Part shown: in pieces, positions 36,363-45,853 of the stretch
Position numbering within the stretch: the stretch's first letter is position 1
How the letters are laid out: every line of letters starts with the position of its first letter
Source: an uncultured Gemmatimonadales bacterium
GTDB lineage: Bacteria; Gemmatimonadota; Gemmatimonadetes; Gemmatimonadales; GWC2-71-9
Assembly (NCBI GenBank): GCA_963739455.1
Contig: CAVUAK010000002.1
Coordinates: forward strand, 96,001-160,000
Direction of reading: 5' to 3'
DNA: 64,000 nucleotides
Translations under genes and position numbers: made by a program
The notes under the pieces: generated by a model
What the model saw: only the letters and a program-made list of their open reading frames with translations
Database searches by the model: none
What the model was told of the DNA's origin: nothing

Positions 36363-38279
36363 TCAAGCTAAATGATCGCCGGGCCAACCTTCAATACGCG
36401 CGAGCAGCCGCCGGCGCATGCCGGGCGTGAGAAGGTCTTCCGACAGCACCTGGCGAACGAGCCGGGCGACAAAGCTATAGCCCCGACCCTCCGCCACGAG
36501 CCAGCGGTGCCACTCCAGCTCGTCGAGTGCCTCCTCGACCGCGCGCCGCCCGAGCTCGGTCACGTGCGCGAGCAGTCCGGCCGTGACGCGATCCGGCGCC
36601 AGCGACGCGGCCCCGAGCACCTTCAGCGCCGTCGGGCCCAGGCGCCGGGAGTTGATGCGCAACGCCGCCACCACCGCGTCGGGCAGGTCCCCCGGCAGCG
36701 TCTGGTCGAGCGTCTGCGCGGTGGCCGGCCACGCCTTGCCTCCACCGTCCAGCTCCAGTCCACGACTCACGGCGCGCAGCAACTCCACTGCAAGCAGCGC
36801 AAGACCGGCGGAGTCGGTCGACACCCGGCGCAGCAGCCGGTCCAGCTCCACCTCCTGGTACTGCGGCAGCATCAGGGCGGCGAGTTCGCGAAGGGCATGG
36901 GACGACAACGCACCAATCCTGACCGCGACCCCCGGCACCTCATGCCCTACGAGGCGCCGGAGTTCGTCGAGTTCACTGCTGACCATGTCGCCGGTGCACC
37001 CGACGAGCAGGAGCACCGGCAAGTCGGCGACGGCGCGAAGCAGCCGGGGCAGCATGCGGAGGCTCCCGGGGTCTAGCCGCTGCGCATCATCGATGAGCAG
37101 CAGCAGCGGCCGCTCCTCGGCGGTGGCGCGGAGCACTTCTCCCAGGGCGAGCTCGAGCTCCATTGCCTCCGACTCCCGGCCCGCTCCGGCATAGCGCTCC
37201 GCCCATCCGGGGAAGCGTCGCGCGAAGGCGGCGAGGGCGCCCGGCGCGGCGGTGGCGACTCCCGGCAGGCCATGCAGTCCACCCGTTGCCAGCCCGGGAA
37301 CGAGGCTTTCGGCGATGTCACCATCGGCATCAACGGCACGCAGGCCCGCGACCGAACCACCGTCCAGCGACACGCGCGTCGCCAGTTCCTCGAGGAGCCG
37401 GGTAACCCCGGCGCCGGCGTCACCGCTGACCAGTCCAATCGAGGCGCGACGCGTGGTGCGGCACGCCCCCCAGGCGCGCAGGAGTTGCGACAACTCCCCT
37501 TCCCGGCCAATGAACGGCGTTCGTTCCGCATTGGACGCAATCCGTCCTGGCCGTGATTCAGGTGGTGGTGGCGTATCTGCGACATCGAGGAGGTGCCGAA
37601 GTTGCGCCGAGATTGTGAGGCCCAGTTCTGCCTCGAGCCGCTCGGCGAACCGGTGACCACTCTCGAGCGCTCCCCGCCGGTCACCCGAGAGCAGGCGGCT
37701 TCGCATCACCGCCTGCGCGGCGCGCTCCGACAGCGGATCGAGGGTGAATGCCTGCTCCGCCAGCGCGATCGCCTGCACCGACTTTCCCTGCGCCATCAAC
37801 TCGTCGGCGCGATTCGTCAGCGCATCCACGCCTTCCTTCCGCCAATGACGTCGCTCCGCATCCAGCCAGTCCTCGAATGCCGGCGCACCAGGCACGGCGA
37901 AGCCCTCTGCGAACTCACCCACGGCCAGGATCGCGGCGCGGGCCCAGTCACTGGCGGTGACCGCCTCCACGAACTCGTCCACATCAAGCGTGAACGCGTC
38001 GCCCAGGCGCACCTGATCAGCCGGCGTTTCCACGGCGGTCTCCCCGGCCGCGCGTCGCAGCTGGCTCAGGGCCTCATTGAGCGAGTGCCTCGCCTTGTCC
38101 GCCACCTTGTCGGCCCAGAGCAACCCGATGAGGTGCTCGCGTCCACGCGTGCGCCGCGGCGAGCGAAGCAGGTACAGCAGCAGGGCGAGGTGCTTCTTCC
38201 AGAGGAGTCCGGGCGGCGGTGGCACGCCATCCACCGCCACCTCGATCGGTCCGAGGGCGCGGCAGGAGATCAGTGGCAC
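36363..38279 (-). CDS. SARP/AfsR-like regulator: winged helix, BTAD and AAA_16-type ATPase with degenerate Walker A
   Basis: ALGP...LALLLYL...REHLIGLLW...ARHSLNEALSQLR; FEDWLDAER; DPLSE; PFIGREGEL; GDAGAGVT; IDDAQRLD. Confidence 0.85.
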   Translation of the reverse strand: MPLISCRALGPIEVAVDGVPPPPGLLWKKHLALLLYLLRSPRRTRGREHLIGLLWADKVADKARHSLNEALSQLRRAAGETAVETPADQVRLGDAFTLDVDEFVEAVTASDWARAAILAVGEFAEGFAVPGAPAFEDWLDAERRHWRKEGVDALTNRADELMAQGKSVQAIALAEQAFTLDPLSERAAQAVMRSRLLSGDRRGALESGHRFAERLEAELGLTISAQLRHLLDVADTPPPPESRPGRIASNAERTPFIGREGELSQLLRAWGACRTTRRASIGLVSGDAGAGVTRLLEELATRVSLDGGSVAGLRAVDADGDIAESLVPGLATGGLHGLPGVATAAPGALAAFARRFPGWAERYAGAGRESEAMELELALGEVLRATAEERPLLLLIDDAQRLDPGSLRMLPRLLRAVADLPVLLLVGCTGDMVSSELDELRRLVGHEVPGVAVRIGALSSHALRELAALMLPQYQEVELDRLLRRVSTDSAGLALLAVELLRAVSRGLELDGGGKAWPATAQTLDQTLPGDLPDAVVAALRINSRRLGPTALKVLGAASLAPDRVTAGLLAHVTELGRRAVEEALDELEWHRWLVAEGRGYSFVARLVRQVLSEDLLTPGMRRRLLARIEGWPGDHLA

Positions 38280-41077
38280 TCGGCAACCTTCCACGCGCTG
38301 TCAGCCCGGGCTACATAGCCCTGCATGACCGGCTCCGTCCGATTCCAAAGTTCCCGCACCCGCCCGAGATGACCGCATGCCAGGGTGATGTTCCCCCGTC
38401 CTGCAGCCAGTTCACCACGGAGAAGGCGCGCATAGACACTGACGATGGCATCGACCTCGCCCTCCTGGGGTGCACCTGTGGGCCATCCGTCGAAGTCTGC
38501 GCTCTCGTACCAGAACCATTCGCGATCCGCGTCGTCGGGCAATCCGAGTTCTTCCTGCCAGCGCCCCCTGGCCAGGTATGTCGCGGCCCGCGCGAACGGG
38601 CTCAGCTTCACGACGGTGGTATCACGAACGAAGATGACGGAGCTCATCTCGAGAGCCGAACCCGGGTGGCCTCGCGCCGCTGCCAACTCAGCACCGAGGA
38701 GGGCAGCATGTCGTGCTGCCGATGGGGAGCCAGCGATCGCGAGCAGCTGGTCTGTGACCTTCGCGGCGCGCGCGGTGTCGCCCCGCGCCATCGCGTCACG
38801 CCCGAGTGCGTACAGGGCCCGTACGCGCTCAGTTCCTGCCAGCGGTGCGGTCTCCAGCCAGCTGCGCGCACGCTCCACCATGGCGCTGTCGTGCAGCAGT
38901 CCCAGCGCCGAGAGTTGCACGGGCCACTCCCGCTGCTGCAGTTGCATCTCCGGAGTGCCTAGCAAGGTTGCTCCTGAGTCGAACTGCACCATCGCCTCGC
39001 CTGGGCGGCCGAGCATCAGGTGTGCGGCGGCAAGGCCGAGCCTTCCGGCCGCACGCTGGTCCACTGACAGGCCTTTCGTCGAGAGAATGTTCCCCAGGGC
39101 CAGCTGCTCGCTGGGGATGTCCATCAACGTGCCAAGACGTGCGAAGCGGGTGAGGCTCTCCAGTTCCTTCTTGCTGGGCGAGCGCAGCAACAGCCAGCGC
39201 GCCAGGTCAGCCCGCCACGGCGAGAAGCGGGCAAAGGTGCCGAGATGCTGGAACGGCTTGTACGTATCTCCGGGCGGCAGTCCCAGCGCCTCCCGGCGCC
39301 TGAGGTCCAGCTTGGCCTCACGCTCTCGGCCCAGCCGCAGGTTGCCCCACCACGCGATGTCGTACGTCGATGCGTGCTTCATCTCGGGTTCGGTCTGGGC
39401 CAGCAGCTCGAGTGTATCGACCGTCACGTCAAGTGGTCGCCCGACCAGCGCCCCTCGATGGAACAGTTCATTGCTGTACATCAGGAGTGCCGTCCCATTC
39501 TGCCGCGAATCCCGAACCTCCGCCTCGAACAGGCGCATCCGCTCTCGCAGGTCGGGCGTGAGTGATGCGATGGCGAGGTGCCGGTAGAAATCGGGCAACG
39601 AGTCGAGGTTCCTGGCGATGAGCTTGAGGTCGGCGCTGTAGTCCTTGCGCTGGAAGCGCCGCGCGATCATCAGCTCCCATGCGGCGGGCATGAAGCTCGG
39701 ATCCCGCGCCAGGGCCGCGGTGAAATGGCGCTCCCCGGCCGCCCAGTTGCCCTTGGCGACGGAATCCTTGCCATTGAAGAAGTCGGTAATGGCCTGCACC
39801 GGAACCGGGCGGAACGCGATGCTGCGAAACGTGGCGCAATCGCGGGTGAATACCTTGCAGATGATGGAGTCCGCCAGGGCCCGGGCAAGCAGCTGCACCT
39901 GACCCGTGTCGCCCGTCGCGCGAATGCTCTCATAGAGCCGACCTGTCGAGTCCCGCACCTTCACGTCCACATCGAGCAATCCTGCCGACCGAGAGATGCT
40001 TCCCTCCAGGTAGTACTGCGCCCCGGGCACGGTCTTCCCTCGGCTCGTGGGCGGCGCGTCCCACCATATCAGGTTGATTACCGAGAACCACTCCAGGTCC
40101 TGGCGTACCAAGCGGGAAAATTGTGGGCCGTCCACATCGGACTTGGCTTCAAAGGGAAGGATCGCGAGATCGGCAACCCGCGGTGGCAGGGCGCGCGGCA
40201 GTGCTGGCCGGAATGCAAGTAGCGCCAGGGCCACCAGTGCGGCCGTCACCAGCGCAGGCCGCAGTCGCGCCGCCAGCGATCGCGCCGTCGCCTTCAGTAC
40301 CGCCTGGAACCTGGCTGCGCTCTGCCATCGCCTCTTCGGGTCCTCGGAAACGGCGCGCTCGACGACCTGCTTCACGTCGCGTCGCACGCCCCGCCAGGCG
40401 TCCTTCGCGGGGTCGCGCACAAGCTTCTCGTCTGTCCCGGTAAAGCATTGCCGAAGTACCAGGCCCAGCGAGAAGATGTCGGTGCGTGGGTTGGTAACTC
40501 CATGGAACTGCTCTGGGGCCATGTACAGCAGCGTGCCCGGATTCGTTCCTTCCGCCGTGAGGGTCGTTGTCTCCGGGCCGTCCGAATAGGCGATCCCGAA
40601 GTCTCCCAGCAAGGCTTCACTGCCCCGGATAAAGATGTTGCCCGGCTTGATGTCGCGATGGATGACGCCCTGGTCGTGCGCGTGCTCAAGCGCACGCAGG
40701 AGCTGCACGCCAAATCCGCGCGCCTCGTCTACCGACAGCCGACGAGTCTTCAGCACCTCCTGCAGCGTCTTGCCATCGACGTATTCCATGACCAGCACCA
40801 GGAGCCGGTTCGATGTCTCCAGCGAGTCGAAGACACTGACGATATTGGGGTGCTTGAGCCGGGCGAGAATACGACCCTCGCGCTTGAAGCGCTCCGCCGT
40901 GACGATCGACGCGAGATCGCGCCGAAGCACCTTGAGCGCCACGCGCTGGTCGAGGTTCCTGTCGAAGCCCTCGAACACGCATCCCATCCCGCCCTCCGCG
41001 ATGAACCGGTCAACGCGGTATCGCGACGGGAGGCCCTCCACCAGGAGGGGCATGATGTTCGTGCAAGGGATGTTCAC
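38270..41077 (-). CDS. Membrane Ser/Thr (Hanks-type) protein kinase with TolB_N-like and TPR-like C-terminal region
   Basis: GGMG, VALK, HRDIKPGN, DFG, YMAPEQ; TM segment LVTAALVALALLAF; LAILPF; helical repeats. Alternative start at ATG 41053. Confidence 0.9.
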   Translation of the reverse strand: MNIPCTNIMPLLVEGLPSRYRVDRFIAEGGMGCVFEGFDRNLDQRVALKVLRRDLASIVTAERFKREGRILARLKHPNIVSVFDSLETSNRLLVLVMEYVDGKTLQEVLKTRRLSVDEARGFGVQLLRALEHAHDQGVIHRDIKPGNIFIRGSEALLGDFGIAYSDGPETTTLTAEGTNPGTLLYMAPEQFHGVTNPRTDIFSLGLVLRQCFTGTDEKLVRDPAKDAWRGVRRDVKQVVERAVSEDPKRRWQSAARFQAVLKATARSLAARLRPALVTAALVALALLAFRPALPRALPPRVADLAILPFEAKSDVDGPQFSRLVRQDLEWFSVINLIWWDAPPTSRGKTVPGAQYYLEGSISRSAGLLDVDVKVRDSTGRLYESIRATGDTGQVQLLARALADSIICKVFTRDCATFRSIAFRPVPVQAITDFFNGKDSVAKGNWAAGERHFTAALARDPSFMPAAWELMIARRFQRKDYSADLKLIARNLDSLPDFYRHLAIASLTPDLRERMRLFEAEVRDSRQNGTALLMYSNELFHRGALVGRPLDVTVDTLELLAQTEPEMKHASTYDIAWWGNLRLGREREAKLDLRRREALGLPPGDTYKPFQHLGTFARFSPWRADLARWLLLRSPSKKELESLTRFARLGTLMDIPSEQLALGNILSTKGLSVDQRAAGRLGLAAAHLMLGRPGEAMVQFDSGATLLGTPEMQLQQREWPVQLSALGLLHDSAMVERARSWLETAPLAGTERVRALYALGRDAMARGDTARAAKVTDQLLAIAGSPSAARHAALLGAELAAARGHPGSALEMSSVIFVRDTTVVKLSPFARAATYLARGRWQEELGLPDDADREWFWYESADFDGWPTGAPQEGEVDAIVSVYARLLRGELAAGRGNITLACGHLGRVRELWNRTEPVMQGYVARADSAWKVAECH

Positions 41078-41230
41078 GTGGGCGCGTTGAGTATGCGAAA
41101 GGGGACATGACCCCGCAAGCGCATAGAAACCCTATGGGCTCATCGTCCCATAGTGACCTGTTTCCCCTCTCGCAGGCGGGGACACGCGCCGTGACGGATG
41201 CATCACTCCCCGACCTACCTTGGTGACAGC

Positions 41231-41258
41231 AAAACGGGCACCCGCAGGTGCCCGTTTT
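41231..41258. terminator. Intrinsic terminator, potentially bidirectional
   Basis: Perfect 12-bp inverted repeat AAAACGGGCACC-cgca-GGTGCCCGTTTT after the OMP gene. Confidence 0.85.
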
Positions 41259-41282
41259 CCAAGGCCGTCGACTGCCTGGCGA

Positions 41283-41864
41283 CTAGAAGCCGATACCGAG
41301 CCCAAGCCGGAACTGGCTCAGCTTCGCGCCGGTCGGGTCGTTCTTGAAGGTATCGGTGAAGTCCGCCTGATACTGGAGGTTCAGCTGGAGCATCAGGATG
41401 CGGGCGCCGGCATTCAGCATCCAGCCCCACCGCGTGTTGTTCGTGTCGTCCTTCGTGGCGCCAAACGCGTTGTCGCCAACCGAGCTGTTCAACGAAAGCG
41501 TGCCGGCCACCCCCAGCTGCACTGCGACGATCTTCGCGTTCAGGTTGACCCCCACCTCGAGCGGGATCATGAACGAGCTGATGCCGATGTTGTCGTTGAT
41601 GGATGGCGTGGTGGACGCCAGCTTGAAGCTCTGATACTGGTAGTCCAGGCCCGGAGCGATGTACAACATGTGGCCGAACCGGATCCGCCCGCCCAGGAAG
41701 TAACCGACATCACTCTCCTTGGTGCTGCCGGCCGGCGCACCAGCCGGCACTTCGCTGATGGAAGACCAGTTCGGGCCGACCGTGATGTCGATGGCGAACT
41801 GGGCCTGCGCCGGGACGGTCACGGTCGCGAGCAGGATGGCGGGAGCGAACCAGCGAGCCTTCAT
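41283..41864 (-). CDS. Small outer-membrane beta-barrel protein
   Basis: MKARWFAP...AQA signal peptide; about 8 amphipathic strands; ends LGIGF; GGAGG RBS. Confidence 0.8.
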   Translation of the reverse strand: MKARWFAPAILLATVTVPAQAQFAIDITVGPNWSSISEVPAGAPAGSTKESDVGYFLGGRIRFGHMLYIAPGLDYQYQSFKLASTTPSINDNIGISSFMIPLEVGVNLNAKIVAVQLGVAGTLSLNSSVGDNAFGATKDDTNNTRWGWMLNAGARILMLQLNLQYQADFTDTFKNDPTGAKLSQFRLGLGIGF

Positions 41865-41937
41865 GAATCCTCCATGGAATTGAGCGAGTGCCAGCCGAAA
41901 GAATACACGGCACTCCCAGCTTCGATCCAGTGCAAAG

Positions 41938-42022
41938 TGCCCGGGGCGAGAGTCGAACTCGCACGGGGGTTGCCCCCCGGTGGATTTTGAGTCCACTGCG
42001 TCTGCCATTCCGCCACCCGGGC
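41938..42022 (-). tRNA. tRNA-Leu (anticodon CAA)
   Basis: GCCCGGG acceptor stem, GGCGGAATGGCAGACGC D-arm, GTGGA-CTCAAAA-TCCAC anticodon arm, long variable arm, TTCGA T-loop; CCA not encoded. Confidence 0.96.
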
Positions 42023-42107
42023 GTGGCACAAAGGTCAAAGGCAGGGCCTCCGTACGCAAGGCATGCCGGCCCCACCTATTCTTACGCATCCCAGTCACGG
42101 AGCATCG

Positions 42108-42662
42108 ATGTCGCGCGCGACCCACCGTCACTTTCACCCCTGGCACGATATCCCGGCCGGCACGTCGCCCCCCGACCAGGTCACGGCCGTCATCGAGATC
42201 CCGACGAACGAGCGGAACAAGTACGAGCTCGACAAGGAAATCGGCATGTTCCGGCTCGACCGCGTGCTGTACAGCGCCGTCCACTACCCGGGGGACTATG
42301 GGTTCATTCCCCGTACCCTGGGCGACGATGGTGACCCGCTCGACATCCTGGTGCTCAGCACCATCCCGACCTTTACCGGATGCCTGGTCGAGGCCCGGCC
42401 CGTCGGGCTCTTCCACCTCATCGATCGCGGCAAGGCCGACGAGAAGGTGCTCGCCGTTCCCCTGGGCGACCCCTACGCCAACGAGATGCACGACCTGAGC
42501 GACGTGCCGCCGCACTACCTCAAGGAGATCGAGCATTTCTTCCGGGTATACAAGGACCTGGAGGGCACGACGACGGAGACGCGCGGATTCGAGGGTGCTG
42601 CCGCCGCCCGCGGGGCAATCGTGCGGGCGCAGCGGCTCTACGAGGAAAAGTTCCCCGGCTGA
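42108..42662 (+). CDS. ppa: Inorganic pyrophosphatase, family I
   Basis: HPWHD, NKYE, DRVL, YGFIPRT, DGDPLD and FFRVYK. Confidence 0.95.
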   Translation: MSRATHRHFHPWHDIPAGTSPPDQVTAVIEIPTNERNKYELDKEIGMFRLDRVLYSAVHYPGDYGFIPRTLGDDGDPLDILVLSTIPTFTGCLVEARPVGLFHLIDRGKADEKVLAVPLGDPYANEMHDLSDVPPHYLKEIEHFFRVYKDLEGTTTETRGFEGAAAARGAIVRAQRLYEEKFPG

Positions 42663-43178
42663 ACGCCTACGGACGGCCGGGCCTCTGCGCCTCCCCCGCC
42701 CGGCCGCCGCGCCTGCCGGGCCTGCTTGAGCGCATCGAGCAGGCGCTCGCGCAGTGAGTAGTACTGGGCTCGCTGCACCGGCGTCAGGAACCCGAGCTGC
42801 TTGTTCTCTTCCCGGTAACTCTCGGCGTATTTCACCTTGAGGTCGAGCAGCTGGTTCACGATGCGGCTGACGCTGTCCGGGTTCGCTGCGATTCCTGGAC
42901 GGAGCTGACCGGATAGTGCCTCGCGCAGGTTGCGCTCCTCACCCTCCATGGCCCGGCGCTTGTCGTACCAGCCACCGGCCACTTCCTTGAGCCTGGCCGT
43001 CTGCTCATCGGTGAGGCCCAGTTCGGTCTTCACCCGCTCGGTGAATCGCTCCTCGACCCGCTGCCGCATCTCCGCCGAGCCCAGTCGGCGCGCCCAGTGT
43101 GCTGTCCTGCGCCAGCGCCGGCGTCGCACTGCCCACCAGCATCAGCAACCCGAGCAGCGAAAGTCTTCCGTATGACAT
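42638..43178 (-). CDS. Periplasmic Spy/CpxP-like helical protein (indel near 43100; 3' end uncertain)
   Basis: Signal peptide ALA-Q; ELGLTDEQ and FLTPVQ LTxxQ motifs. Confidence 0.7.
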
Positions 43179-43708
43179 CAGCTCTCCTCCCATGAGCGCA
43201 GCGCGCCCTCCACCTGTGACATGTCCAGTCCCTCGAGATCGGGACCATCGAGCGAACTCCCCGGCACGGCCGGCTCATCGAACTCCACCAGCACCATCTC
43301 CAGTTCTGCCGGTGCGGCATCGTCCAGCTCAGCCAGCTGCAATTCCGCCGGCAACGTGATCCCGATGGCAGGGCCCTGCCGTCCCGGCGTCACCCCACCA
43401 TTTCGCGGCACCATGACGAGCAACAGCATCGCTGCGATTGCGAGTAGCCCCACGACGGTCACCCGCCGCACTCGCCTGTTCCGCTGGTCCTCCCGCGCCG
43501 CTCCATGCAGCCGTTCCAGCAGTCCGGACGTCAGGCGAGCGGCATCCACCGTAACGTCGCGCCCCATCGTGGCTGCCACCGACACGAGTTCCCACTCGGC
43601 CGAGCACTCGGCACAGCCGGCGAGATGCTCTCGCTCGGTCGCTGTCCACTCGCCACGCCCCGATGCCACCACAGGCATCCGGTCCGAAACCGCATCGCAC
43701 ATGGTCAC
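43178..43708 (-). CDS. Putative zinc-finger anti-sigma factor
   Basis: HLAGCAEC (HxxxCxxC) plus a TM helix; overlaps the sigma stop codon. Confidence 0.8.
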   Translation of the reverse strand: MTMCDAVSDRMPVVASGRGEWTATEREHLAGCAECSAEWELVSVAATMGRDVTVDAARLTSGLLERLHGAAREDQRNRRVRRVTVVGLLAIAAMLLLVMVPRNGGVTPGRQGPAIGITLPAELQLAELDDAAPAELEMVLVEFDEPAVPGSSLDGPDLEGLDMSQVEGALRSWEES

Positions 43709-44253
43709 GACATCAGCTCCTTGAGCCGTTTCACCGCATGGTGGTAGTGCACGCGCGCCGCACCCGGCGTAGTGCCAAGAGCAACGGCGATGTCTCCGTA
43801 CTCGCATCCCTGCTGCGCCCGCATCAGGAACACCTCTCGCTGGAGCCGGGGCAGCGCCAGCAGTCCTGCGCGGAGCCGCGCCTCAGATTCGTTCGCTGCC
43901 GCTTCTTCGTGCGGGTTGGAGGCATCGACGACCTGGTCGTCCTCGATCGAGACGACCTGCCGCCCACGTTGCCGCCGGTATTCATCCTTGAGCAGGTTGC
44001 CGGCGATACAGCAGAGCCAGCTCCTGAGGGACGCCTCGCCCCGCCAGGTGTCGAGCTTCCGGAATCCCCGGAACAGCGCCTCCTGGACCAGGTCGTCCAC
44101 GTCGCTTCGACCCGCCCCGGAACTGTACAGGAAGCGCGCAACGGCCCCGGCGTGCCGCCGGACAATCTCGGCCGCTGCGCTCTCATCGCCCGCGCGCCAG
44201 GCCGCGGCCAGGGATGCGTCGGTATGCGGCTCGGATGGCGTCATCGCTACCAT
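43705..44253 (-). CDS. ECF RNA polymerase sigma factor
   Basis: DDLVQEA...SWL...LPRLQREVF...HHAVKRLK sigma2/sigma4 pattern. Confidence 0.92.
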   Translation of the reverse strand: MVAMTPSEPHTDASLAAAWRAGDESAAAEIVRRHAGAVARFLYSSGAGRSDVDDLVQEALFRGFRKLDTWRGEASLRSWLCCIAGNLLKDEYRRQRGRQVVSIEDDQVVDASNPHEEAAANESEARLRAGLLALPRLQREVFLMRAQQGCEYGDIAVALGTTPGAARVHYHHAVKRLKELMS

Positions 44254-44414
44254 GTACGGGCTGTGGACGACGGGAGTTGGATAGTGTTAAGGAACCGGTC
44301 GCCGAGATAGTGTACAGGGCGACAAGTGCCCATGGCGTGCCGCGGCAAGTATATTGAGTGCAAGCCGCTGCGCCATCCCGCGGCGATCGTCGTTCTCCCT
44401 GACATCCGGACTCC

Positions 44415-45093
44415 ATGGCTCGACCGCTCAGCATCGGACACCGTGGTGCATCCGGCCACGAGCACGAGAACAGTCGCGCCGCCTTTCGTCGCGCCCGGGC
44501 CCTGGGTGCAGAAGGGGTCGAACTCGACATCCATGCGACGCATGACGGCGCCATCGTCGTCCATCACAACCCGATCCTCGAGGGCCTGGGCCGGATCGGC
44601 GACCTGACTCTCGACGCGGTCCAGCAGCATCACCTCCCCAACGGCGAGACCGTCCCGCTGCTGAGCGAGGTCCTCACCCTGCTGCGCGGCATGGATGTGT
44701 GGGTGGAGGTGAAGGGCATCGAGGAGTACCTCGATGCCGTGCTCCTTCGCACCCTGCACACCGGCCCTGAGCCCGAGCGCTACGCGGTCCATTCCTTCGA
44801 TCATCGCATCGTGCGCCGCCTGGGCGAGCGCGATGGTGCGCTGCGCCGCGGGGTGCTTCTCGACGCGCGCCTCATCGATCCCGCTGCCGGTGCTCGCCGC
44901 CGCAGGGGCCACGGTGCTGTGGCAGGCGCAGGTCATGGTCGACCGCGCCCTGGTGGACGAGTTGCATCGTGCCGGCAGGCGCATCATTGCCTGGACGGCC
45001 AACGACGACGCCGACCTGAGCCGCCTCATCGCGTGCGGCGTCGACGGGATCTGCACCGACTATCCCGAGCGCGTGGTGGCCCTGCGGAGCTAG
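44415..45093 (+). CDS. Glycerophosphodiester phosphodiesterase (indel near 44885)
   Basis: GHRGAS, ENS, ELDI, EVK, AWT and DGICTDYP. Confidence 0.9.
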
Positions 45094-45112
45094 GCGGCGG
45101 CTCGTGCGCACG

Positions 45113-45146
45113 AAAAAGGCGGTCGGGCATGTTGCCGCGACCGCCT
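45113..45146 (-). terminator. Intrinsic terminator after rplU-rpmA
   Basis: AGGCGGTCG...CGACCGCCT stem followed by a T-run on the minus strand. Confidence 0.7.
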
Positions 45147-45167
45147 CTCAACTCCTGGAACCCCGGC

Positions 45168-45440
45168 TCAGGCGGTAGCCTGCGCCTCCACGGGGTAGAC
45201 CGAGATCTTCTTCCGGTCCTTGTCCTTCCACTCGAACTTCACCACACCGTCCACGAGCGCGAAGAGCGTGTCGTTCGTCGCCTTCTTGACGTTCTTCCCG
45301 GGGTGGAACTTGGTGCCCTTCTGCGTCACCAGGATGTTCCCTGCGCGTACCACTTCGCCACCGTACTTCTTGATGCCGAGGTACTGCGGGTTGCTGGTGC
45401 GTCCGTTGCGGCTGGAGCCTACGCCCTTCTTGTGTGCCAT
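45168..45440 (-). CDS. rpmA: 50S ribosomal protein L27
   Basis: [14 protein letters not shown]. Confidence 0.97.
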   Translation of the reverse strand: MAHKKGVGSSRNGRTSNPQYLGIKKYGGEVVRAGNILVTQKGTKFHPGKNVKKATNDTLFALVDGVVKFEWKDKDRKKISVYPVEAQATA

Positions 45441-45443
45441 GGC

Positions 45444-45762
45444 TTAGCCCACCTTCACGTCAGTAATGCGGACTTCGGTGTGCTTCTGCCGATGTCCGGT
45501 CTTGCGGCGATAGTTCTTGCGGCGCTTGAACTTGAAGACGTACAGCTTCTCGTCCTTGCCATGGCCAACGACTTCGGCCAGTACCTTCGCACCCTTCACC
45601 AGCGGCGCGCCGGCGGTGATGGTCGGTGCCGTCGGACGAGAGGAGCACCTCGTCGAAGGTGATCTTGGCGCCCGGTTCCGCGACCATCAGCGGAAGCTTG
45701 AGCGTCTTGCCCTTTTCGGCCCGGAACTGCTTGCCGAGCGCGCGGAAGATTGCGTAAGACAT
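45444..45762 (-). CDS. rplU: 50S ribosomal protein L21 (indel near 45625)
   Basis: [28 protein letters not shown] in the shifted frame. Confidence 0.93.
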
Positions 45763-45853
45763 GACATCCTGCCGTGTGGCTATTACGTCGAGACGTTTAC
45801 GTGAAAAACTAGCCCGCAAGTATAGACAGGGGATGGGTTTCGGGCAAGACCCC

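Noticed and set aside
35240..42022. Integrative island at the tRNA-Leu 3' end
   Set aside because: No integrase or transposase, and no duplicated tRNA 3' end was found near the pepA boundary.
41865..42536. Long N-terminal extension of the 41283..42536 ORF
   Set aside because: It runs through the tRNA and antisense to ppa; the real start is at 41864 with an RBS and signal peptide.
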